NCBI GenBank assembly: GCA_020636675.1
Contig: JACJXK010000010.1
Location: forward strand, 8,583-72,582
From: Prevotellaceae bacterium
GTDB lineage: Bacteria; Bacteroidota; Bacteroidia; Bacteroidales; Paludibacteraceae
Length of the DNA stretch: 64,000 nt
Direction of reading: 5' to 3'
In this document: piece after piece, positions 48,383 to 57,500 of the stretch
How positions within the stretch are numbered: position 1 is the stretch's first letter
How the letters are laid out: every line of letters begins with the position of its first letter
The notes under the pieces: model-generated
The model's database searches: none
What the model was told of the DNA's origin: nothing
The model's input: only the letters and a program-made list of their open reading frames with translations
Translations under genes and position numbers: made by a program

Positions 48383-48462
48383 AATAACTTCCGCAACTTT
48401 TTAACAGAAACTCTTTGCATTTAAATTTCGGTAAGCAGAAATCTGCGGAAGTTATTTTTTTT
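48383..48462 (+). terminator. Conserved long hairpin module plus T run adjoining repeat copy B
   Basis: aataacttccgca (48383-48395) pairs with tgcggaagttatt (48444-48456), followed by a T run to 48462. The same module follows copy C. Confidence 0.45.
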
Positions 48463-48520
48463 ACTGTTACTTAATGAATTTTGTTAATGAAAAGTCTATC
48501 TTTTCAAAAAAAAGAGGAAC

Positions 48521-49941
48521 ATGAGATGGAACGACTCTTTGGTCTCGAATAGTAACCGTTATCAGTGGTTTGTGTTGGCCAATGTCATGTTTGGCACATT
48601 CATGGCAGTGCTGGATGCAACGGTGGTTAATGTGGCAGTGCCTGATATGATGAAGGCTTTTGGTGTGGGTATGTCTGAGATGGAATGGGTGGTAAGTGGT
48701 TATATGTTGGCATTTGCCTTGGTTTTGCCAGCCTCATCTTGGTTTGCTGACAGGTATGGCAATAAACTCCTATATTTTGTGGGCTTGTTTATGTTCACTT
48801 TGGGCTCTTTTTTGTGCTCGTTGTCCGTGAGTGAGCATATGCTTGTCGCTTCTCGTATTGTGGAGGGGATGGGTGCCGGCGTTATACAGCCGGTAGGTCT
48901 GACTATAGTTACAAGGGCATTTCCTCCTGAGAAAAGGGGGGTGGCGCTTGGCTTTTGGGGTGTCGCAATTGCGGCTTCCGTCTCTTTTGGCCCTATCGTG
49001 GGTGGATTTTTAGTGTATTAATTTGGATGGAAGTATATATTCTTGGTCAACGTTCCTATTGGAATCTTGGCTATGGTTCTGACTTGGTTGCTCCAAAAGG
49101 AGTTCTCTTTCTCAAAGAAGACGAGGTTCGATTATTTGGGTTTTATTCTTATTTCTGTCTCGCTTGTATCTTTGTTGTATGCGCTCGATTATGTGAATAG
49201 GTCGACCAATCTGCTAGGATGGTCATCTCCCGTTGTCTCTGTGTTGATGCTTGTGTTTGTCCTGTTTCTTGGCCTCTTTGTCGCCTTTTCTCTTAAAGCA
49301 AAAAGTCCGTTGTTGAATTTACGTCTGTTTGCCAATCGCAATTTTATGGTCGGGAATCTTATCTCTTTTGTTTTTGGCTTTGCCGTTTTTGGTACTAATC
49401 TTGTCCTTCCTTTGTATCTGCAGAATGTGTTAGGCTATACGGCCCTCCAGTCGGGGTTGGTGTTTCTGCCGGTTGGGTTTGTCCAAGGTTTGCTCTCTCC
49501 CTTTGCCGGAAAGTTGACGGACCGGTTGGATGCTCGCTATTTTGTTGTGGTCGGGTTGCTCCTGTTGGCTTTGAGTTTTGAATTATGTTCCTCATTTTCT
49601 CTTCGAACAACGCATGATTCGGTGATGCTTCCTTTGTATATCAGAGGGGTGGGGATGGGCCTTTTGTTCTCTCCTATGACAACGTTGTCGTTCGTAGGCT
49701 TAAATAGGTTGAAAATGGGTGATGCCTCTGGTATTTTGAATACGATGCGTCAGGTAGGAGGCTCTTTTGGAGTGGCGGTTTTAGGCGGTCTGTTGTCCGA
49801 ACCATATCATGCAACTTGAATGCGGTGTCGTCGGAAAGGTTGTTGCAGTACGTTATTTCTGTTGATTTCTCATTCAAAATAGCTGTCTATCTTATGGTTG
49901 CCGGTGTTGTCTTGTCATTCTTCTTTACACGTAATAAGTAA
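48521..49941 (+). pseudogene. DHA2 (EmrB/QacA-type) MFS transporter, in-frame TAA plus a 3' frameshift
   Basis: ORFs 48521..49021 and 49043..49819 are in the same frame, separated by TAA at 49019-49021 within the conserved GPIVGGFLVY*FGWKYIFLVNVPIG segment. The last TM helix (..KIAVYLMVAGVVLSFFFTRNK*) reads in another frame from about 49819. Confidence 0.8.
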
Positions 49942-49948
49942 AGTCTCC

Positions 49949-50614
49949 TTATTGGTTCGATTTTGCTATGGAGTTTTCTTTCTCGGCACGCAACTTCATG
50001 TTGTTCAGAAATTCGGCCAGCCTCCATTCTATGATGTCTTTATATCTGGTTTGTGTGAAAAACATATCAATCAGAAAGCCGAATTTCAGTTTGGAGTGGA
50101 GAATGAGTACGGTGGTGTTGTCTTCTCTAGGAATGGCGGATATGCTGATGATACCGTCGTTCAGTACTTTTACTTTTTTTGTGACATTTAGACACAATTC
50201 TCGTCTGCCAGTGTTATAGCATACGTTTTTTAGCTCGCCTTCTATGCGTAATTCCATCTCGTCGTTGTCATCCATTATCATCAATAGCGTGACAATGTAA
50301 GCGGATGTCTTGGGGTCGTAAGAGACGCTTTTTTCATATAGTTGTACGTTGTCGTCTTGCGTTTTTGCTTTCCCTAGTCCGTCGAATGCCCATCTGAGAC
50401 TTTGGGTCGGGGTCGATTTTAGGCCGTTAAACACCTCGTTTATGACAGCCTCCGTTTTCTTAAATGGAGCGTTGACCACGCATGTGCTGTATGTGTGGAA
50501 GTATCTGCCGTCTTTATATTCCGACCTTGTTGTGTTTTTGCTTTTGGGATTTTGTGCAAATAGTAAGATAGGAATGGAAATAGCTAGTATGAGTAAAAAG
50601 AAATGCCGCATCAT
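49949..50614 (-). CDS. Secreted hypothetical protein
   Basis: Intact 221-aa ORF with signal peptide MMRHFFLLILAISIPILLFAQ. I did not recognise a family. Confidence 0.6.
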   Translation of the reverse strand: MMRHFFLLILAISIPILLFAQNPKSKNTTRSEYKDGRYFHTYSTCVVNAPFKKTEAVINEVFNGLKSTPTQSLRWAFDGLGKAKTQDDNVQLYEKSVSYDPKTSAYIVTLLMIMDDNDEMELRIEGELKNVCYNTGRRELCLNVTKKVKVLNDGIISISAIPREDNTTVLILHSKLKFGFLIDMFFTQTRYKDIIEWRLAEFLNNMKLRAEKENSIAKSNQ

Positions 50615-50745
50615 AATTCATCTTTTTCGCATGTAAATATATTAAAAATGGATGGAAAATAAGAGAAATGGGACTGAAATTTGAGAAAATATCAATGTGT
50701 TATGTTTGAAAGGAGATATAAAACTTAAATTCTGAATTTTTAGTT

Positions 50746-50775
50746 TTTGAAATTCCCGATATATAAATATCTTTG
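50746..50775 (+). promoter_or_regulatory. Candidate promoter for the polysaccharide-export gene pair
   Basis: TTTG (50746-50749) is followed 18 bp later by TATCTTTG (50768-50775), about 65 bp upstream of ATG 50840. Confidence 0.3.
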
Positions 50776-50839
50776 TGTTTCCTAAATAATAGCATATTGC
50801 TAATAAATGAATTTTATAATTGTTGAAGACTTGTAGGTT

Positions 50840-53284
50840 ATGACAAAAAGATTTCTGATTACCGTTCTCTTTTGTTCTTTCTCATTGCTGATGTCGTATT
50901 CGCAGATATCTATGCAAAATGTTGCCACTGTGAAGGTGGATGAGCTTTCTGATCAACAAATCCAAGCCTTTGTTAAAAAATATACATCGGCAGGTTATAC
51001 TTTTGCGGATGTGGAGAACATTGCCAAAGGAAAGGGTATGCCGGTTTCCGAGTTGGAAAAGCTAAGGCAGCGTGTGCAGTCCGCTCAGAATACACAGACG
51101 GAAGATGCTTCCATCAATGCGGGCAGAGAGGCAGACATTAAGATGAGTCAAGTGGAGAAAGCTTCTTTGGAGGAAGAGAAAAAAGAATCTAGGGAGTCTG
51201 TTTCCGTGTTTGGATCTCATCTTTTCAATAATAAGAACATGACCTTTGAGCCTAACATGAATCAGGCAACACCGCGTAACTATCAGATTGGTCCTGAAGA
51301 TGAATTGGTTGTCGATGTGTTCGGAATGTCAGAGAATACGATGAAGCTGAAGGTCTCGCCGGAAGGTATGATACGCATCCCGAATGTGGGGCAGGTCTCT
51401 GTTGGTGGAATGACAATTGAAAATGCGGAGAAGATGATTCGCAAACAGTTGTCGTCTATCTATAGCACCATTAATTCGGGTCAGACAAGGGTTGCCGTCT
51501 CTTTGGGGAATATAAGAAGCATAAAGGTGTTTATAATTGGCGAGGCTCAACGTCCGGGAACTTATACGCTATCTTCCCTGTCTTCTCTCTTTAATGCTTT
51601 GTATGCGTGTGGAGGCCCTTCTAATGCTACGGGTTCTATGCGAAATATAAAGGTGATGAGAGGCGGGAAAGAGGTGGCTGTCGCTGACCTATATGGATTC
51701 CTTCTGAAAGGAAAGATGGAGAATAATATAACCTTGCAAGATCAGGATGTTGTTTATATCCCTACCTATACGAACAGGGTCTCGGTAAAGGGTGCCTTGA
51801 AACATAATGGAATCTTTGAAATGAAGGATGGTGAGTCATTGAGTGATTTGATCTCTTTCTGTGGAGGTTTTACGGATGATGCTTATATGGATAGAATCTC
51901 TGTTGTTCGTAACTCGGAGAACGAGAAGAGCGTCGCCGATATTCCGAAGGAGCTTTATCCGATGTTTATCCCGAAGTCGGGCGATGAGTTTACCATAGGT
52001 AAAATATTGGACAGGTATTCTAATAGGGTGCAGATCCTTGGTGGAGTTTTCCGTCCTGGCACTTATGCTTTGACGGATGGTATGACATTGAAAGATTTGG
52101 TGAATAAGGCGGACGGGTTGAGAGAAAATGCTTATATGCAGAGAGCTTCCATCTTGAGGCTGAAAGAAGATTTAACTCCTGAATTGGTCTCCTTTAGTGT
52201 GAGCGACTTGATTGATGGTAAGTATAACATTGAACTGAAGAAGGAGGATATTGTCACGATTGGTTCGAATGAGGAGTTTGAACGCGATAAACAGGTCTCG
52301 ATAGCAGGGCAGGTACTTGCTCCTGGCACATTCCCTTATTCGGAGAATATGACGCTGAAAGATCTCATCTTTATGGCAAAAGGATTTACTGAATTTGCCG
52401 CAATGGATCGAATCGAGGTGACGAGACGTGTCTTGGATGGAGATAAGTTGAAGGAGGATTCAGAGAAGGTGCAGGTGTTCTCATTGTCTGTTGATAAGGA
52501 TTTGAATTCGGATGGTGAGGATTTTATGCTACAACCTAAGGATGTCGTCTCCGTCCGTACGTTAGAAGGTCTGGAAGATTTGTCTTCCATGCAGGTTCTG
52601 GGGGAGGTCCGTTTGCCAGGTACTTACGCCATTATAAGTAAGAAAGAGAAGATATCTGATGTAATGAAACGGGCTGGTGGCTTTTCTCCATATGCCTATC
52701 CAAAGGGGGCGTTCCTTATTAGACGCAGCCAACGTAGTACAGCCGAGCAGATGCGCGACTTGAAATTGATCGAACTACTTAGTAATATGACAGAGGGGGA
52801 TGATAAGGATGAGTTGAGAAAGTCTCTTTTGTCGAGAACGGATATGGTTGGTATTGAACTGAAAGAGATTGTTGATAATCCGGGTTCTACTACTGATCTG
52901 TATCTGGAGAAGGGTGATATCATCTTCGTGCCGAAACAATTGCAGACCGTTTCCGTATCGGGTGCAGTCCAGGTGCCGGGTATGGTAGTCTATTCTGGAC
53001 GTTCGTTTAAAAAGTACGTGAATTATGCGGGTGGATTTGCCGATAATGCCGACAAAAAACATTCTTATGTGGCGTATGCTAATGGTTCTATTGGTGCAAC
53101 GAAACGCTTTTTGTGGATGAGGGCTTATCCGAAGATGGAACCTGGCGCTCATGTCTTTGTCCCTGAAAAGAAGAAAGAGGAGAGCCATACAAAGGAAAAT
53201 CTATCCTTCTTTACCTCCATATTTGGAACGATGGTCACTATCACGACGTCTATCGTTTCTTTGATAATCATACTTGATAAGTAA
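50840..53284 (+). CDS. Polysaccharide export outer-membrane protein (Wza-like Poly_export domain plus multiple SLBB repeats)
   Basis: Signal peptide MTKRFLITVLFCSFSLLMSYSQ and a Poly_export-like segment (YQIGPEDELVVDVFG...VSPEGMIRIPNVGQVSVGGMTIENAEKMI). It has repeated SLBB-like units (V.V.G.V..PG.Y......TL.D.I..AGG). Confidence 0.87.
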   Translation: MTKRFLITVLFCSFSLLMSYSQISMQNVATVKVDELSDQQIQAFVKKYTSAGYTFADVENIAKGKGMPVSELEKLRQRVQSAQNTQTEDASINAGREADIKMSQVEKASLEEEKKESRESVSVFGSHLFNNKNMTFEPNMNQATPRNYQIGPEDELVVDVFGMSENTMKLKVSPEGMIRIPNVGQVSVGGMTIENAEKMIRKQLSSIYSTINSGQTRVAVSLGNIRSIKVFIIGEAQRPGTYTLSSLSSLFNALYACGGPSNATGSMRNIKVMRGGKEVAVADLYGFLLKGKMENNITLQDQDVVYIPTYTNRVSVKGALKHNGIFEMKDGESLSDLISFCGGFTDDAYMDRISVVRNSENEKSVADIPKELYPMFIPKSGDEFTIGKILDRYSNRVQILGGVFRPGTYALTDGMTLKDLVNKADGLRENAYMQRASILRLKEDLTPELVSFSVSDLIDGKYNIELKKEDIVTIGSNEEFERDKQVSIAGQVLAPGTFPYSENMTLKDLIFMAKGFTEFAAMDRIEVTRRVLDGDKLKEDSEKVQVFSLSVDKDLNSDGEDFMLQPKDVVSVRTLEGLEDLSSMQVLGEVRLPGTYAIISKKEKISDVMKRAGGFSPYAYPKGAFLIRRSQRSTAEQMRDLKLIELLSNMTEGDDKDELRKSLLSRTDMVGIELKEIVDNPGSTTDLYLEKGDIIFVPKQLQTVSVSGAVQVPGMVVYSGRSFKKYVNYAGGFADNADKKHSYVAYANGSIGATKRFLWMRAYPKMEPGAHVFVPEKKKEESHTKENLSFFTSIFGTMVTITTSIVSLIIILDK

Positions 53285-53310
53285 GTAATAAAAATAGAAA
53301 ATAGGAAACA

Positions 53311-54447
53311 ATGTCAGATATAGAAGAGTTCTACAAATCAATAATGGAGGAGGATAAAAAATCCGGATCCAACATCTCTTTTAAAGAGATATGGGCTGTC
53401 GTTTGTGAATATGTCGCATACCTTTGGTCTAAAAAGATAATTGTCATTATATGTGGCGTGTCATTCGGAATTTTGGGCCTTGTATATTCATTGGTTAGAA
53501 AGGTGGATTACACTTCTACCTATATTTTCTCGATAGAAGGCGGTAGTGGAGGTGGAGCTTCTTCCTTCTCCTCTTTATCCTCATTGTTTGGCTTGGGAGG
53601 TGGGTCGATGGGCGCATTCTCTGGCGATAATTTGGTGGAGTTGATGAAGACGAGAGCTATGGTTGAGAAAACTTTGTTGCGGGAGGTTCCTGACATGGAA
53701 GAGAAGATGAATTTTATGGAATATTGTCTTTTGGTGGATAGCGCAAGAGTAAAGTGTGGCGAGGAGGAGAAAAAGCCGGATGTTGTCACTATCTGTGATG
53801 TCACATTTCCTTTGGGACAAGAAAGAAAGTCGTTCACGAGGGCTCAGGATAGTATTTTGATGGCAACGGCATTTGAATTGACAAAGAATATATCGGTCGC
53901 AAAGAATGACAAGAAACTCTCTTTTGTTACCTTCTCTTTTGTCCATGGAAATGAGGAATTCTCGAAGAAATTTGCAGATGCTTTTGTGGATGAAGTTTCT
54001 AGCTTTTATGTGGATACTAAAACTGCCCTTTCTCGTAAAAATATAGCTTCTTTTCAGAAACAGGCCGACTCTATCAGACGGGAATATGACATGGCTCTCT
54101 CTTCTAGAGCTTATTATGCGGATGAAAATGTAAATGCAGCCAGACAGGTGGTCGGCGTCCAGATTCAGAAGAAACAGACGGATATTCAGATCCTAGGAAC
54201 GGCTTATGCTGAGATGATAAAGAACATTGAAGTGCTGAAGTTGGATTTGGCAAAAGAGTCGCCTCTTATTCAGATTATTCAAGAGCCGGTCTTGCCTCTT
54301 GAAAATAATAAGATGAGAAAACTAAAGGGACTAGTGGGTGGTGGATTCTTAGGTGGATTCCTCTCTTGTCTTGCTTTGTGTGGTGTTTGTTTCTTGAAAA
54401 ATGCAATGAAAGAGGAATCTCATGATAATTTGCCGGCGGAAGTTTAA
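53311..54447 (+). CDS. Wzz-like polysaccharide chain-length determinant protein
   Basis: Two terminal TM helices (IIVIICGVSFGILGLVYSLV and LVGGGFLGGFLSCLALCGVCFL) flank a long soluble region with coiled-coil character. The gene is adjacent to the Wza-like gene. Confidence 0.72.
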   Translation: MSDIEEFYKSIMEEDKKSGSNISFKEIWAVVCEYVAYLWSKKIIVIICGVSFGILGLVYSLVRKVDYTSTYIFSIEGGSGGGASSFSSLSSLFGLGGGSMGAFSGDNLVELMKTRAMVEKTLLREVPDMEEKMNFMEYCLLVDSARVKCGEEEKKPDVVTICDVTFPLGQERKSFTRAQDSILMATAFELTKNISVAKNDKKLSFVTFSFVHGNEEFSKKFADAFVDEVSSFYVDTKTALSRKNIASFQKQADSIRREYDMALSSRAYYADENVNAARQVVGVQIQKKQTDIQILGTAYAEMIKNIEVLKLDLAKESPLIQIIQEPVLPLENNKMRKLKGLVGGGFLGGFLSCLALCGVCFLKNAMKEESHDNLPAEV

Positions 54448-54474
54448 GAAACCGATTGTTGGAATGATAAAAGG

Positions 54475-54508
54475 GAAAGGGAAGACTTGATTTTAAGTCT
54501 TCCCTTTC
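54475..54508. terminator. Hairpin between convergent genes
   Basis: A 14-bp perfect stem, gaaagggaagactt pairing with aagtcttccctttc, with a 6-nt loop. Confidence 0.5.
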
Positions 54509-54566
54509 TCCTGATTTGAGATTTTTGTTTTATTTCAGAGACGGCTGGAGTTATCATCCGTCTTTT

Positions 54567-57500
54567 TTATTTCGAAATTTCTTCTTTTGCTTGTTTCGCC
54601 AGAAAATGAAGTCGGTTCAGAACATTGACTTCGCTAACGCCGCTGTCGAAATCAAGAAAGAGCAGGTTCATATCCGGATAGGTGTCCTTCAGCCGCTTCT
54701 CTATGCCTTTTGAAATGATGTGGTTGGCTATGCAGCCAAATGGTTGCAGGCTGATGGCAAAGTGGATGCCACGCTCGGCAAATGAGGCAAATTCGGCTGG
54801 TATGAGCCATCCTTCTCCGAATTGGGCCGCCAGATTGATGATCTTTTGAGCATGTTTGGCCTCTTCATGAATGTTGTCGTTGACTTCGTAGTATCTGAAT
54901 TTTTGTGCCGATTTGTCGATTTTATGCGCCATCCTATTCAACCAAGTCTCACCGAGGAGGGAGAGCATCTTCCCTTTTATGGAACGCTCTTTGTCCAAGT
55001 AGCTATTCTCGTTGAATTTGGCGTTTGGAAAATATTGGGTGAAGAATTCGATCAGAGATGGTATCACGGGCTCGATGCCCTGTTTTATCAACCAATCAAC
55101 CACATGTTGCTGCCCGAACGAGTTGTATTTTATGAATATTTCTCCAACGATACCTACCCTTGCAACCTTTTTTTCAGAGGCGGCTTCGTTAAATCGAATG
55201 GCGGCCTCTTCGAGCGTTTTGCAGAGTTTGTTCGTGTCTTTCTTCTCAATACAGGCGATGCCTCTGTCCAAAAACTCCTTCTTCAGCTTGTTGGCGATGC
55301 CAGGCGTTTTTTCCCTTACTATTGTGGCGTAGTACATTTTGCTGAGAGCGTCGCCGTATAACAGTGCGTAGATGGTGGCTTTTGCTCCGTTCTTGACATT
55401 TAGCTCAAAACCGGGCTGGTCGTTGATGGTATTCATTATGGAGACGGAAATGACCGGTATGTCGTCATATCCGGCGGTGAGCAGAGCCTTCTTTATCAGA
55501 GCTATGTAGTTGGTGGCTCGACACTGTCCTCCTGTCTGTGTGATGGCAAAGGCGATGTTGTTGTTATCGTATTTGCCGGACTGGAGGGCGCGGATGCAGT
55601 CTCCCACTATAAGCGTGGCGGGATAGCAGATTTCATTGTTCGCATATTTTAATCCCAACTCTGCCGATTTCTCGTCGCTAGGTTCCATGTTCTCCATCCT
55701 GCATCCCATCAGTCCGAATGCGGCAGGGATGAAAGGGGAATGAAATTCCGAAAAGAAAGGCACTAACACACGTTTGCCTTGGTCTTTCTTTTCGTATGTA
55801 GGTGTTGTATGGAACGCTGATTTGTTTAATTCCGTTTCGTCCTTGAATTTCAGTGACTCGATGAGTGATCTGATTCTTAGTTTCAAAGAGCCCGCATTGT
55901 TCACGTCGTCCACTTTTAGTACGGTGTATGTCTTGCCGTTTCGGTGCAGTAGGTCGCCGATCTCATCTATGATGAAAGAGTCTGGCCCGCAACCGAATGA
56001 AGTTATCTGAACGAAGTAAACCTTGTCGTTGGTGTTGGCTACCCATTGGGCGGCTTTCATGATGCGGTTCATGTAAGACCATTGCGGAATGAGGTGAGAA
56101 CCCTCTATCTTTTTGTCCGCGCCTCTCATCATGTCTTCGGTGATTACATCAACGCCGAACGATGTGATTATCTCCGAAATCTTGTGCTGTATGAGTTGGT
56201 CGTTATGATAAGGACGCCCGGCAAGTAGGATGGCAAAACGATTCTCCTCTTTTGCCTTCTCTATCAGATGCATCGCTTTCTCGTGCAGTGTCAGTTCGTA
56301 TTTTTCCTTGGCGCATAACGCTTCCTTGAATGCTTTGTCAAATTGTTTTTCGAAGAAGCAGTCCCGTAAGATCGTTTTCAGATATTGCTTGCAGGCTTTT
56401 TTTAGAAGCGTTTTGTCGTTGAAGTTTATGACGGGAGCGTCCAGTGGAATTCCAAACTTTCCTTCCGGGTTGATGGAACTTCTTATCACGTCTGAATAGC
56501 CTGATACAACTGGACAGTTATAGCTGTTGTTGGATTGTGGCTCTTGCTGCTCGTAGATGACGTAGGGTAGTAGAATGCGGTCTACCTTCTTCTCTATTAG
56601 GTCGAAGATGTGTCCGTGCGTAATCTTTGCAGGAAAGCAGATGTTGTCTGCCATTACCGTGTTCAGACCCTTTTCGTATAGTCTGAAGGTGGAACGGGCG
56701 GATGTCTTTACCTCTATGTTGTTGAGGGTGAGTAGCGTGTTCCAAAATTGGAAGTTTTCGTACATGTTCAGTGCACGAGGGATGCCGATGGTGCAGAACG
56801 GCTTTTGCTCCGCTTCCAGACGTATGTTCTTCTTGAAGGATAGCTCGTTCCTGAATAGACTCATGTTGAATGCCAACCGTCCCTTCTCTCCTTTGTTGGT
56901 ATATACTTTCTCACATTTGTTGCCTGAATAGAATGTCTTTCCGTTCCCGAATGTGTTCTTTAAAATCTGGCAGTTGTTTTCACAGCCTACGCATCGTAAT
57001 TGTTCCGTTTCGTAGCCTTTGATGTCGGCTAGTGTTTCCAATGAGATGGTGTCGAATTCGCCGTTTGTGCTGCGCTTTTTCGCATGGAGGGCGGCGCCGT
57101 AAGCTCCCATTAATTCAGGATAGTTGGATACAATCACATTTTTGCCCGTCAGTTGTTCGAATGCACGTACTACGGCTTTGTTGCGCATTGTCCCTCCTTG
57201 CAGCACAATGTGTTCGCCGAGTTCTTTGGGGTCTTTTATTTTCAGTACCTTGTAAAGGCAGTTTTTGATGACGGAATAGGCAAGCCCGGCGGAGATGTCC
57301 TCGACGGATGCGTTTTCCCGTAGACATTGCTTTACCTTGGAGTTCATGAACACCGTGCATCTTGTGCCTAAGTCTGACGGATTGTTGCTATGGCACGCTT
57401 TCTCCACGAAGTCGCTGATGTTGCACTCCAGGGAGGTGGCGAAATTGTCGATGAACGACCCACATCCGGACGAACACGCCTCGTTGATCTCCAATCTGTT

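Noticed and set aside
48148-48387. 79-aa ORF (also 61897..62136) and overlapping minus-strand ORFs, conserved between repeat copies B and C
   Set aside because: Their conservation simply reflects the near-identity of the DNA repeat. The frames run through hairpin-forming GC-rich sequence. Copy A does not preserve any of these frames. They have no convincing start context or protein-like motifs.
49019-49021. The idea that the in-frame TAA in the MFS gene reflects stop-codon reassignment or programmed readthrough
   Set aside because: TAA terminates many well-defined genes in this window (e.g. secA, lgt, the giant gene), consistent with standard code 11. The same gene also carries a separate frameshift, so simple inactivation fits better.
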